Positions 37,014 to 46,224 of a DNA stretch of 64,000 nt are shown here, piece after piece. The notes under the pieces were generated by a model. It worked only from the letters and a program-made list of their open reading frames with translations. It had not been told where the DNA came from and searched no databases. The stretch comes from Candidatus Obscuribacteraceae bacterium (lineage in GTDB: Bacteria; Cyanobacteriota; Vampirovibrionia; Obscuribacterales; Obscuribacteraceae). How positions within the stretch are numbered: the stretch's first letter is position 1; each line of letters begins with the position of its first letter. The stretch covers positions 960,001 through 1,024,000 of the forward strand of contig JBGAHS010000001.1 in NCBI GenBank assembly GCA_044226015.1. Direction: 5' to 3'. Both the position numbers and the translations under genes were made by a program.

Positions 37014-38908
37014 TGTCCTCCGCAAAATCTGACTGCATTGCAATCGTTGGAATGTCCTGTATCTTCCCGGGTGCCGAAAGCCTGTCGCAATTTTGGTCAA
37101 ACATTGAGAGTGGCGTAGACTCACTTAGAGAGCCCTCTGCCAGTGAGTGGGATGCTGTCTTTTACAAGAACAAATCTGAGTCGCAGTTCGGCCGTATCTA
37201 TTGCAGCAAGGCGGGGTTTATCACCGAATATGCGAATTTCAACCCGCTCGATTTCGGCATAATGCCAGCCAGTTTGCGCGGAGCTGACCCAGATCAATTC
37301 CTCGCTCTTCGAGTAGCCGCTGAGGCTTTGCTAGACGCTGGATACAGTCATAAGAATTTCAATGGTGAGCGAGCAGATATAGTTATCGGCAGAACCATGG
37401 CACCAGGGGTGGGGTCGCTCAATCTGATTCAACATGGACAGACTATAGACCAGGTTCTAGCTGCATTGCGTGTGGTGAACCCAGGCTTAAGCGATGCTGA
37501 CTATGAAAAGATTTCTGCTGCCCTTCACAAATCTCTTGAGCCTTGCAATGCTGACACTATTCCTGCGGTCATGCCAAATGTTCTGTCTGGACGCATCGCA
37601 AGCAAGCTAGGATTTCGTGGACGAAATCTTGTTTTGGACGCTGCCTGTGCTTCTTCTCTGGTCGCAGTTGAGACCATAATGCAAGGGCTATTAGCAGGCA
37701 GTTCAGACCTCGGTATTGCTGGTGGAATTCATGTCAATTCCAGCCCGTATTTTTCTCAAATGTTCTGTGAGCTAGGCGCGCTTTCGAGCAATAATTCAAT
37801 TCGTCCTTTTGATGAAGCAGCTGACGGCACCATGCTTGGCGAAGGCGTCGGCATGGTTGTTCTGAAGAGATATGCTGACGCGTTGAGAGATGGCAATAAA
37901 ATTTACGCCCTGATTAAAGGCATTGGTTCATCGAGCGATGGAAGAGGCAGTTCCTCTCTTGCGCCGAGCGAAGATGGTGAAGCTCTCGCTATGAACAGAG
38001 CTTACAGTATGGCTGGCGTTAGCCCTTTGACAGTGGGGCTTTACGAAGCCCATGGCACAGGCACGAAGGCAGGCGACAAGGCCGAAATGAAAGCTGTGCA
38101 AATGGTATTCAATAGAGAGGCTGCAAAAGTAGAGCCATGGTGTGCTCTGGGCTCAGTTAAAACAAATATCGGGCATACGCAGGCAGCCAGTGGCATTGCC
38201 GGTTTAATAAAAGCTGCATTGGCTTTGCACTATAAAGTTATTCCACCAGCCATCAATTTCAGCAAGCCGAGTTCTCAGATAGATTGGGATAAGTCTCCTT
38301 GCTATTTGAGTTCAGAAAAGAAAGCCTGGGTCCTGAAATCCGGAGAACATCCGCGTAGAGCTGCAATCTCAGCCTTTGGTTTTGGCGGTGTCAATTCGCA
38401 TGCTGTGCTTGAGGAATTCGTTGCTGACGCTTCTTACAATCCAACACCATTGGTGCTGCCTAAGGTGCGAAGCGCTAAATCGATTAGGTTGAACCTCCGT
38501 TATCCTGAGCTATCACTTAAAGGGTTGGAACAGGATTTTCAGTCTCGCTCTGAATTGCGAGCTGACGCGGTCTCTGGGGCCGACCAGAAGCAAGCAAGTT
38601 CTCTTACTTCAATTGCGAAGCCTGGCAGTCTCGCTCGTGCTCGAATTGATATAAAAGCCTCAGCTCCAATTGAAACACAATCTGCCGCACCGGCTTCCCC
38701 TGCTGTTGTCCGACAGAAAGTAAGTCAGCTTGTTCCTCCAGCAGTTTCGTCGACTCAAAATCAAATAATTGAGTCAGTATCAGTGACTGAAACCAATCAG
38801 GACGAGGTAATGGTGACCTATCTTCAGACGGTAGGAAGCTTTCAGAAGAACTTACTAAATGTTCAAGAGCAGGTATTGATGCAATACCTCTCTCAAGAAG
38901 AACAATAA
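37013..38908 (+). CDS. Stand-alone type I PKS ketosynthase with C-terminal linker/helix (no AT)
   Basis: IAIVGMSCIFPGA, DPDQ, DAACASSL (Cys), EAHGTGT, KTNIGHT (His, His), SAFGFGGVNSH; start overlaps the ACP stop (TAATG). Confidence 0.92.
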   Translation: MSSAKSDCIAIVGMSCIFPGAESLSQFWSNIESGVDSLREPSASEWDAVFYKNKSESQFGRIYCSKAGFITEYANFNPLDFGIMPASLRGADPDQFLALRVAAEALLDAGYSHKNFNGERADIVIGRTMAPGVGSLNLIQHGQTIDQVLAALRVVNPGLSDADYEKISAALHKSLEPCNADTIPAVMPNVLSGRIASKLGFRGRNLVLDAACASSLVAVETIMQGLLAGSSDLGIAGGIHVNSSPYFSQMFCELGALSSNNSIRPFDEAADGTMLGEGVGMVVLKRYADALRDGNKIYALIKGIGSSSDGRGSSSLAPSEDGEALAMNRAYSMAGVSPLTVGLYEAHGTGTKAGDKAEMKAVQMVFNREAAKVEPWCALGSVKTNIGHTQAASGIAGLIKAALALHYKVIPPAINFSKPSSQIDWDKSPCYLSSEKKAWVLKSGEHPRRAAISAFGFGGVNSHAVLEEFVADASYNPTPLVLPKVRSAKSIRLNLRYPELSLKGLEQDFQSRSELRADAVSGADQKQASSLTSIAKPGSLARARIDIKASAPIETQSAAPASPAVVRQKVSQLVPPAVSSTQNQIIESVSVTETNQDEVMVTYLQTVGSFQKNLLNVQEQVLMQYLSQEEQ

Positions 38909-38915
38909 ACCCTGA

Positions 38916-39692
38916 CTATTCGTTTGCGCTTGCTGATTTCTCTTTGTTTGCTTCAGGTTCATGAGCAACTGGCGTGAATCCTAACGAACGGCTGGTTTGC
39001 ATGTCTCTGCTGGCAGCTTCGCGATTGCCGAGTTCAGAATAAACACGAGAGCGTTTGTAATAAGCTTCGCCTTCTTGATGAAACATGTGAACCGGATCGG
39101 GATTCAAGGAAATAGCTTTCGTGTAGTCTTTCAACGCTTCTTTCAGTTTCTTTTGCTTGAGATATGCATCGCCGCGAGTGATATAAGAGTCTGCATCACT
39201 TGAGTCAATTGCGATTGCAGAGCTTGCGTCAGTAATTGCTTTATCGATATCACCCTTTCCCAGCTCGACCTCTGCTCTGTTTTCGAGAATGTCTCCACGT
39301 TCAGGGTCGAGGTTCAAAGCGCGGTTGATTGATTCAATTGCTTCATCGAATTTTCCAAGTTTGTATAAGCAGAACCCTCTGCTGCTCAATGCGTCAACAC
39401 TGTGGGGGGCGCATTTCAAGGCCGCGTCAAATTCTTGCAAGGCTACGTCCATTTTTCCTAAACGGCTGTATGCAAATCCTCTGGCGATGTAACCATTGGC
39501 AAACTTCGGATTAATACTCAACGCGCGGGTGAGCACTTTTACCGCCTCTGTCATCTGCCCGTTTGCAATCATACGCTGGGCTCTCAAATAGTCGTCGTTA
39601 ACAGCATCGGCGAACGCGTTGTTGTTAAATGATGCGATGAAAATTGCCAGCGAGGAAATGGTTTTGAGTGTTGTCTTGTTTTTATTGTTCAA
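38916..39692 (-). CDS. Exported TPR-repeat protein
   Basis: TTG at 39692 with GAGGG RBS gives a signal peptide ending AFA; several 34-aa TPRs (AL.INP.FANGYIARG). Confidence 0.82.
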   Translation of the reverse strand: MNNKNKTTLKTISSLAIFIASFNNNAFADAVNDDYLRAQRMIANGQMTEAVKVLTRALSINPKFANGYIARGFAYSRLGKMDVALQEFDAALKCAPHSVDALSSRGFCLYKLGKFDEAIESINRALNLDPERGDILENRAEVELGKGDIDKAITDASSAIAIDSSDADSYITRGDAYLKQKKLKEALKDYTKAISLNPDPVHMFHQEGEAYYKRSRVYSELGNREAASRDMQTSRSLGFTPVAHEPEANKEKSASANE

Positions 39693-39711
39693 CGCAATAC
39701 CCTCGGATTCT

Positions 39712-40662
39712 CTAGACAGTTGCTGCTTGCTTGAGTTCAGACAAAACCTGTTCGAGTGTTTCGGTGTCGTAAATGTTGAAGATGTTCGCAGCGCGATCAA
39801 TCTTTTTGACCATTCCAGTTAGTGCCTTGCCGGGGCCAATCTCGATGAAAGTATCGACGCCCTGTTGCAACATGTATTCGATGGAGTTTGACCAGCGAAC
39901 TGCACTCGGCATTTGCTTGGAAAGCTTCTGTTTGAGCTCTTCCTTATTTGTTGCAGACTTCGCGTCATAATTTTGAACAACTGGAATCTTCGCATCATTC
40001 ATTTGCCAGTTATTGAGTTCTGCGGCAAATGTTTCAGCTGCTGATTGCATCAATGGAGAATGGAATGCACCTCCAACTGGAAGTGGTATCACACGTTTGG
40101 CACCGCCTGCTTTTGCTTTGCTACCCGCTAATTCAACTGCTTCGGGGCTGCCTGAAATGACCAGCTGCTCGCCAGTGTTGAAGTTTGCAACTATCACTAC
40201 GCTTCCAGGCTTTTCGCTCTGGGCTTCTTTACAGCAATTCTCCAGTGCCTCGGCGCTCATTCCCATAATGGCTGACATGGCACCAGCGGGGCATTCTTCC
40301 ATCAGTCTTGCGCGGCGGTCGACAAGGCGAACACAGGCTTCTAACGGAAGAGCCTCGGCAGCGCTGAGAGCACTAAATTCACCGAGGCTGTGTCCTGCTA
40401 CAAATGATGGTTTCGGTCCGCCTTGTGCTTCATAAGCCTTCCATGCTGCCAGTGAAACCGCAAGAATCGTTGGTTGCGTATTTATTGTTCTCTTCAAATC
40501 TTCTTCCGGACCGTTGAAGCAAAGCTCGGATAAACTGCGTCCGGCGATTGCATCAATCTCTTCAAAGGTCTTTCGAGCAATAGCATTTTTTTCAAACAGA
40601 TCTTTGCCCATTCCGACGGATTGCGCTCCCTGTCCGGGAAAAACTACTGCTATTTTTTTCAT
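39712..40662 (-). CDS. fabD: Malonyl-CoA:ACP transacylase
   Basis: FPGQGAQ, TQP, GHSLGE, GAFHS, EIGPG; operon context. Confidence 0.97.
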   Translation of the reverse strand: MKKIAVVFPGQGAQSVGMGKDLFEKNAIARKTFEEIDAIAGRSLSELCFNGPEEDLKRTINTQPTILAVSLAAWKAYEAQGGPKPSFVAGHSLGEFSALSAAEALPLEACVRLVDRRARLMEECPAGAMSAIMGMSAEALENCCKEAQSEKPGSVVIVANFNTGEQLVISGSPEAVELAGSKAKAGGAKRVIPLPVGGAFHSPLMQSAAETFAAELNNWQMNDAKIPVVQNYDAKSATNKEELKQKLSKQMPSAVRWSNSIEYMLQQGVDTFIEIGPGKALTGMVKKIDRAANIFNIYDTETLEQVLSELKQAATV

Positions 40663-41735
40663 GATGATGCTTTTCCTGTAGATACTTGTTCTGTGTTTGT
40701 CTCTGTGGTTTCCGGTTTGCTTTCTGTGATTCGTTTATCAACTGCTGTCCATCTGGTGATGGCTGAGCCCCATGTGAGCCCGCCTCCGAAACCAACTAGC
40801 GCAATGGTAGATGGATTCTTGATGGTATTGCGACGAACGGCCTCGGCAAAAGCTAGAGGAATTGATGCTGCAGAGGTGTTGCCGTAGTCAGCTACGTTGC
40901 TGATTAATTGCTCCAGTCGCATTCCAAGCCGTTCTGCCACAGCTTTGATGATACGTTGGTTTGCCTGGTGGGGTACCATGTAATCTAGATCTTTGACTTC
41001 GATTCCAGCTTTTTGGCAACAGTGTTTGACGGCTTCTGGAACTTCTTTAACAGCGAACTCGTAAATGGCGCGCCCATTCATTTGAAGAAATCTGTCCATC
41101 GCTTGAGGCTTTTCTGTACCAGCGTGAGGAAACATTGTTCCGTAATTCGGAATCCAGAGCAGATGTCCACCGCTGCCATCAGCCTTCAAGTATGTCGCAA
41201 GCACTTGGTTTTCTTCGCAGGCTTGCATAATGAACGCTCCGGCGCCGTCTCCAAACAGGATGCAAGTATTTCTATCTTGCCAATCTAAAAATCGAGAGTG
41301 AATATCAACACCACACACAAGAACTGTTTTGTACATTCCAGTATTGATGAATTGCTGAGCGATGGTGAGGGCATAAATTATGCCTGTGCATGCAGCTTCT
41401 ACATCGAACGCCGCTGCACGTTTTGCTTTCACATGCGCTTGAACCATGCATGCTGTTGATGGATACAAATTATCTGGTGTCGAGGTAGCGACAATAATCA
41501 AATCTATTTCTTCAGGGTCTATTCCTGCAAAGCCAATAGCATCGCGAGCAGCTTCTGCAGCTAGTTCGCTTGCTGTCTCGTTCTCGTTGACGACGTGTCT
41601 TTGTCTAATTCCAGTTCTTGAAGTGATCCACTCATCAGATGTGTCGACAAGTTTCTCGATATCAGCATTTGTCACCACATGTGGTGGAACAGCTGAACCG
41701 ACTCCGATCAGTCTAGCGCCTACTGGAAATTTCAC
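40659..41735 (-). CDS. fabH: 3-oxoacyl-ACP synthase III
   Basis: DTSDEWI..RTGI, AACTG, FGDGAGA, PHQAN, YGNTSAAS, GFGGGLTWG. Confidence 0.97.
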   Translation of the reverse strand: MKFPVGARLIGVGSAVPPHVVTNADIEKLVDTSDEWITSRTGIRQRHVVNENETASELAAEAARDAIGFAGIDPEEIDLIIVATSTPDNLYPSTACMVQAHVKAKRAAAFDVEAACTGIIYALTIAQQFINTGMYKTVLVCGVDIHSRFLDWQDRNTCILFGDGAGAFIMQACEENQVLATYLKADGSGGHLLWIPNYGTMFPHAGTEKPQAMDRFLQMNGRAIYEFAVKEVPEAVKHCCQKAGIEVKDLDYMVPHQANQRIIKAVAERLGMRLEQLISNVADYGNTSAASIPLAFAEAVRRNTIKNPSTIALVGFGGGLTWGSAITRWTAVDKRITESKPETTETNTEQVSTGKASS

Positions 41736-41737
41736 TT

Positions 41738-42763
41738 TTATTTTCCTGCTGTGCCCAGAGCCAAAATAGCAAGTGAAAGTGTTTGACCGATCTTTGTGAT
41801 GACGTCTGCTTTCACCATGTCTTTTGCAACTCTGATGGCATTTTTAATTGCTGTATGCCTTGAGCCGCCATGAGCTATAACGTAGACGCCTTTGACTCCC
41901 AGCAGGAGCGCGCCACCAAGCTCATTGTAGTCCACGCGCTTTCTTAGAGCGTTGGTCGCAGGCTCGATAATTTTGGCACCAATTTTGGTGCGTGTTGACG
42001 ACAGCAACTCCTGCTTAAGAATCACTGACATCATTCGTGCGATTCCTTCTGAGGCTTTCAGTACGCAGTTTCCGGTGAATCCATCGGTGACTGTTACGTC
42101 CACCTTACCGAGAGGAAAATCACGACCCTCAACATATCCAATATAGTTGATGTTCTCTTGAACCTTTAGAAGCTTGTTGGCATCTTGAACTAGCTTGGTT
42201 CCTTTGCTTTCTTCTGTTCCTATATTAAGCAAACCCACCCTGGGTGGTTTGCCTGGATACAGTCCCTCGAATAATACAGAGCCCATTAACGCAAATTGCA
42301 AGAGCATCTTCGCGTCGCAGTCTTTGTTTGCGCCAACGTCTAAAACGAGTGCGCGTTTTTCAGTATCAATGGAAGGCATGAAGCAAGCTATAGCTGCTCT
42401 GTCTACATGTTCGATGCGCTTCAGATAAAGTTGCGCAGCAGCTGCCGCTGCCCCTGTAGATCCTGCCGCTACCACTGCGTCTGCCAGACCTTTGCCGACC
42501 TGGTTAGTTGCCACCACTATAGATGAGTCGGCCTTTTTGACTACGGCTTTAGCGCTCTCGTCCATCGAGACCACTTCTGCAGCAGGCACTAAACTGATTT
42601 CGAGCCCGGTAGTGTCATGGCGCTTGAGCTCTTGCGCCACCTGTTCAGGCGGACCAACGAGCTGTATAGCCACGCCATACTCTCTAGCAGCCAGAACGGC
42701 GCCATGCACTACTTCTCTTGGTGCGTGGTCACCGCCCATGGCGTCAACAGCGATGCGAATCAC
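41738..42763 (-). CDS. plsX: Phosphate acyltransferase PlsX
   Basis: IAVDAMGGDHAP, LDVGAN, LLNIGTEESKG, DGFTGN, HGGS. Confidence 0.97.
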   Translation of the reverse strand: MIRIAVDAMGGDHAPREVVHGAVLAAREYGVAIQLVGPPEQVAQELKRHDTTGLEISLVPAAEVVSMDESAKAVVKKADSSIVVATNQVGKGLADAVVAAGSTGAAAAAAQLYLKRIEHVDRAAIACFMPSIDTEKRALVLDVGANKDCDAKMLLQFALMGSVLFEGLYPGKPPRVGLLNIGTEESKGTKLVQDANKLLKVQENINYIGYVEGRDFPLGKVDVTVTDGFTGNCVLKASEGIARMMSVILKQELLSSTRTKIGAKIIEPATNALRKRVDYNELGGALLLGVKGVYVIAHGGSRHTAIKNAIRVAKDMVKADVITKIGQTLSLAILALGTAGK

Positions 42764-42880
42764 TTCGAATACCTACCTGTGTTTGCAGCAAAACAACCAA
42801 ACGCTACGAAGCAAATCTATCCGAGAGGCGCTAAGAAACGTTTAAGACCGGTTCCTACCAGAGAACCGATTTTTCGAATC

Positions 42881-43072
42881 TTATTCGCTTAGCAACCAAT
42901 CGCGACGGCGTGCTGGACGACCGCGATAGTAGCCGCAGCCTGGGCATGCGATATGAGGAAGTTTGGGGCTATTGCAATTAGCACAAGTTGATTGAGGAGC
43001 TAGTTCGAGTTTCCAATTAGCTCTTCTCTGTGCTTGTTTTTGATGTGATGTCTTTTTCTTTGGTTGTGGCAT
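42881..43072 (-). CDS. rpmF: 50S ribosomal protein L32 (Zn-ribbon type)
   Basis: PQPKKKTS, CANC...PHIACPGCGYY; lies between yceD and plsX. Confidence 0.97.
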   Translation of the reverse strand: MPQPKKKTSHQKQAQRRANWKLELAPQSTCANCNSPKLPHIACPGCGYYRGRPARRRDWLLSE

Positions 43073-43251
43073 TGACCTATCTCCAGAACTGTTTGGCTTT
43101 CAATCTGAGCGTTTGCTCATATACGCCCGGTATTCTGCCGTTTTTCGGGGAGCTTATTATAAGCCCTCCGCAGAAATCGCCAAGGCGATAAGACGGCTAC
43201 CGTCTCGGCTGACATGTGAAAGCCGGCTGAAAATCAGCACCATATTATCTA

Positions 43252-43794
43252 TTATTTTTGCTCTGTTTCGTCGTTTGGAAAGAGAGTCTTCAAGTTTTTC
43301 CATCTTGGATCGATAGGTTTTTTATGACTTGAAGAGTCCTTATCACTTGCTAATGAGCTGCTTTTGCCTTCCCCATCAGGAAAAGCGGGACCCGGGCAGT
43401 CGTCGCCACATAGACAAGTGACGGGTGTTGCAAGCGTAACAGCTTGATACACAAGATCTGTAATGTCAAGAATTCCATCCTCGGGAAGCTCTTCTACAAA
43501 GTCTTTGCTCAATAGTTCACGTTCTCTTGGATAGTCTTCGTGACCTGCACTCTCGACCATAAATTCTTCCAAAGGTACATTTATGTTCAAAAAATAAGGT
43601 CGCAGACAACGATGGCAAGTGAGTTTTAGAAGGGTTTGCACACTCCCAGTAACTTTCACTCCTGTTGAGCTAGCGCTGATGCTCAGTTCACCTAAAACCG
43701 GTTTTACTGCGCCGATGTCTTCAATGGTTTCTTTGAAATTAACTGAGAGTCTTTGATGCGGCAGATTTCTCAGCTCGTCTATACTTATCTTCAA
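43252..43794 (-). CDS. yceD: DUF177/YceD family metal-binding protein
   Basis: CHRCL, LCGDDCPG, IDPRW; upstream of rpmF. Confidence 0.9.
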   Translation of the reverse strand: MKISIDELRNLPHQRLSVNFKETIEDIGAVKPVLGELSISASSTGVKVTGSVQTLLKLTCHRCLRPYFLNINVPLEEFMVESAGHEDYPRERELLSKDFVEELPEDGILDITDLVYQAVTLATPVTCLCGDDCPGPAFPDGEGKSSSLASDKDSSSHKKPIDPRWKNLKTLFPNDETEQK

Positions 43795-43898
43795 TGCGAT
43801 TATTTTTTATTCAGGAACGACAACGAAATTTCGCCCGGCTGGGCAAGAACGGCCCACCTCGGGCGTTTCGATAATAGTACACCACACTTTCAAAGGGA

Positions 43899-45275
43899 TT
43901 GCTAATGACCGAACTCAGTCAAGCCAGCCAATTTTTGCAAGCACGATGGATTCTGCCGATTTCTGAGGCTCCCCAAGAATTTGCCTGGTTGGTTTTGAAT
44001 GAGGACAAGATTATTGGAATCATTTCGCAAGAAGAGTATGCGAGTTTGCCGGAAAAGCTCACCAGTGGCGGCAGCCGAAAGCTCGGTGACGCCATTATTT
44101 GCCCTGGTTTGATGAATCTGCACACGCATCTTGATTACTCGGCGTTGAAGCATTTTGACAATTACTCTCCCTTCTTTAGCTGGATTCAGGGGCTAATTGG
44201 CAATTCCTGGCAGTGGTCGCCTGAGCAATGGCTGGAATCGGCTCTGCTTGGAGCTCAAGAGATAATGCAATCTGGAACTAGCATGGTTTTGGATGCTTCC
44301 TACAGCGGAGCTGCTGCTCGCGCCGTGGCTCGTGCGGGCTTTCGAGGTGTTGTTGGGCTTGAATTATTTGGCATTGTCGAGGGGGAGGCTGATATAGCAT
44401 TTGACGCCTGGCTGGAGAAATACCGAAAGTTTGTAGAAGAAGCCGAACCAACGCTGAAAGGCGCTATAAGTGATGGTCGAGTGAAGGTCACGATTGCACC
44501 TCATACTCCGTATTCTGTCTGCCCAGAGTTAATTCGAAAGGCGCTGAATTGGTCGAATTCACAGGGGCTGCCGATGTTGATTCACATATCTGAATCAGAG
44601 GCTGAGTGCCGATGGATAGCTGCAGACGATGCCGACCTGAACCAATTTCTTGCCCGAGCTTTTCGGGTTGAAGTGCCTCAGCTTGATTGGAAAGGTCATG
44701 GGCTCAGCCCCGTCAAACATCTCGATAAGCACGGTTTACTTGCTGATAACGTCATTGCTGCCCATTTAGTGCAGGTAGACGAGGCAGACATTAGCTGTCT
44801 GGCAAAAGCTGGCGTATCTGGAGTGCACTGTCCGAGAAGCAACTCCAGGCTTCGTAACGGCATTTCTCCTTTGTCAAAAATTGTCGACGCTGGCGTGCTT
44901 ATGGCTTTTGGCACGGATAGTGCCGCTTCTGGTGATGACCTCGATGTTCTGGCCGAAGCGAGATTTGCCTGGGATTTGCACCGAGCCGTTGACAAGTCTT
45001 TTGATCTTCAGGCTGAAAAGGCACTGTTTTATCTGACGTTAGGTGCTGCGCAAATTCTGAAAATGGATAAAATCTTGGGCAGTTTAGAAAGTGGGAAGAA
45101 AGCTGACCTGGCTATATTTTCTATAGCCCATCTGCCAAATATGGCTAAGCAGCGACCTTTTGAATCACTAATTTATGGCGGAGCGCAGCTGAAAGAGCTT
45201 ATTGTTAATGGAGTTAGCTTAGTTCAAGGAGGGTACATTGCTAATGACAAATCTGAGCTAAAGGCAATTGTCTAG
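43899..45275 (+). CDS. Amidohydrolase (MTA/SAH deaminase-like)
   Basis: PGLMNLHTH, PHTPYS, HISES, AHLV, HCPRSN, GTDSAAS, GKKADL. Confidence 0.88.
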   Translation: MLMTELSQASQFLQARWILPISEAPQEFAWLVLNEDKIIGIISQEEYASLPEKLTSGGSRKLGDAIICPGLMNLHTHLDYSALKHFDNYSPFFSWIQGLIGNSWQWSPEQWLESALLGAQEIMQSGTSMVLDASYSGAAARAVARAGFRGVVGLELFGIVEGEADIAFDAWLEKYRKFVEEAEPTLKGAISDGRVKVTIAPHTPYSVCPELIRKALNWSNSQGLPMLIHISESEAECRWIAADDADLNQFLARAFRVEVPQLDWKGHGLSPVKHLDKHGLLADNVIAAHLVQVDEADISCLAKAGVSGVHCPRSNSRLRNGISPLSKIVDAGVLMAFGTDSAASGDDLDVLAEARFAWDLHRAVDKSFDLQAEKALFYLTLGAAQILKMDKILGSLESGKKADLAIFSIAHLPNMAKQRPFESLIYGGAQLKELIVNGVSLVQGGYIANDKSELKAIV

Positions 45276-45434
45276 CCTTATCGGACGTTTCGAATTACTA
45301 AGCTGAAAAGGCTAAAAAGTCTCAGAATTGTCAGAAATTCGCCCATATACTGATCCTATGCGTTAGATCAGTCAGCGAATTGGGAACATTAAATTTGCAC
45401 GCAGCCGAATTTAGCAAACTTTTGAGAGATATTT

Positions 45435-46145
45435 ATGGCAGGTACAGGTAGAACAGATCACATTTGCAGCGGTAGAACATGCATGTTTTGCCGTGTTCTC
45501 GACAATCCTCAACGCTCTCGCCTGACCGGCAACCAGGGGCGTTCAGCTGTTGATTCTCAAGTACTTGAAAGGGTGCGTGAGTTAGAGAGCAGGTCGATGC
45601 TTCAGAATGCGCAGTCGAACATGACGACCGCCAAAGCTGATGAGCTTGAGAAATTAGCACTTCTTGACTCTCTTACAGAGTTGTATAACTCAAGAACTTT
45701 GATCAAAGAATTAAAAGATGAGCTTAAGCGAGCCAAGCGTTACAAACGCCCAGTTTCGTTGCTGATGATCGCAGTTGATGGTCATAGAGAGATTCAAAGG
45801 CAATATGGTGCTTTGACATCAGATGCGGTGCTCAAAGTAATCTCCAACGTTCTTCGTGATTGTGTGCGAGATGTAGATGTTCCTGCCAGATATAGTGGCG
45901 ATGAATTTGCGATTGTTCTGCCAGAAACAAATGCAGCGGGCGCTGCAGTAGTGGCTGAGCGTATCAGGCAGCGTGTCGGTACGCAGGCTATCACACACAA
46001 TTGGAATAACTTGAAAGTTACAGCTAGCATTGGACTGGCATCATTTCCAGCTCATGCTCGCGAACACGATGAATTAATCGCTCGTTCAGTGCAGGCTCTA
46101 GAGCTTGCGGTGCAACGTGGTGGCGACCGCGTCTGCGCAATCTAG
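45435..46145 (+). CDS. GGDEF-domain protein (degenerate active site) with N-terminal His/Cys motif
   Basis: DSLTELYN, RDVD I-site, RYSGDEF, VTASIG; MIAVD in place of DxD. Confidence 0.88.
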   Translation: MAGTGRTDHICSGRTCMFCRVLDNPQRSRLTGNQGRSAVDSQVLERVRELESRSMLQNAQSNMTTAKADELEKLALLDSLTELYNSRTLIKELKDELKRAKRYKRPVSLLMIAVDGHREIQRQYGALTSDAVLKVISNVLRDCVRDVDVPARYSGDEFAIVLPETNAAGAAVVAERIRQRVGTQAITHNWNNLKVTASIGLASFPAHAREHDELIARSVQALELAVQRGGDRVCAI

Positions 46146-46168
46146 CGTTGCGGATAGATCAGGCTTCG

Positions 46169-46198
46169 GGCTTCACCTTCATGGTGGAGCCTTTTTTT
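46169..46198 (+). terminator. Intrinsic terminator
   Basis: ggcttcacc...ggtggagcc stem followed by a T-tract. Confidence 0.85.
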
Positions 46199-46224
46199 GA
46201 CTGGTTCCAATCAAGTTCAAACCG

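Noticed and set aside
39693..39800. ORF-track start of the TPR gene at 39800
   Set aside because: Overlaps fabD by 89 bp; TTG 39692 has an RBS and gives a signal peptide.
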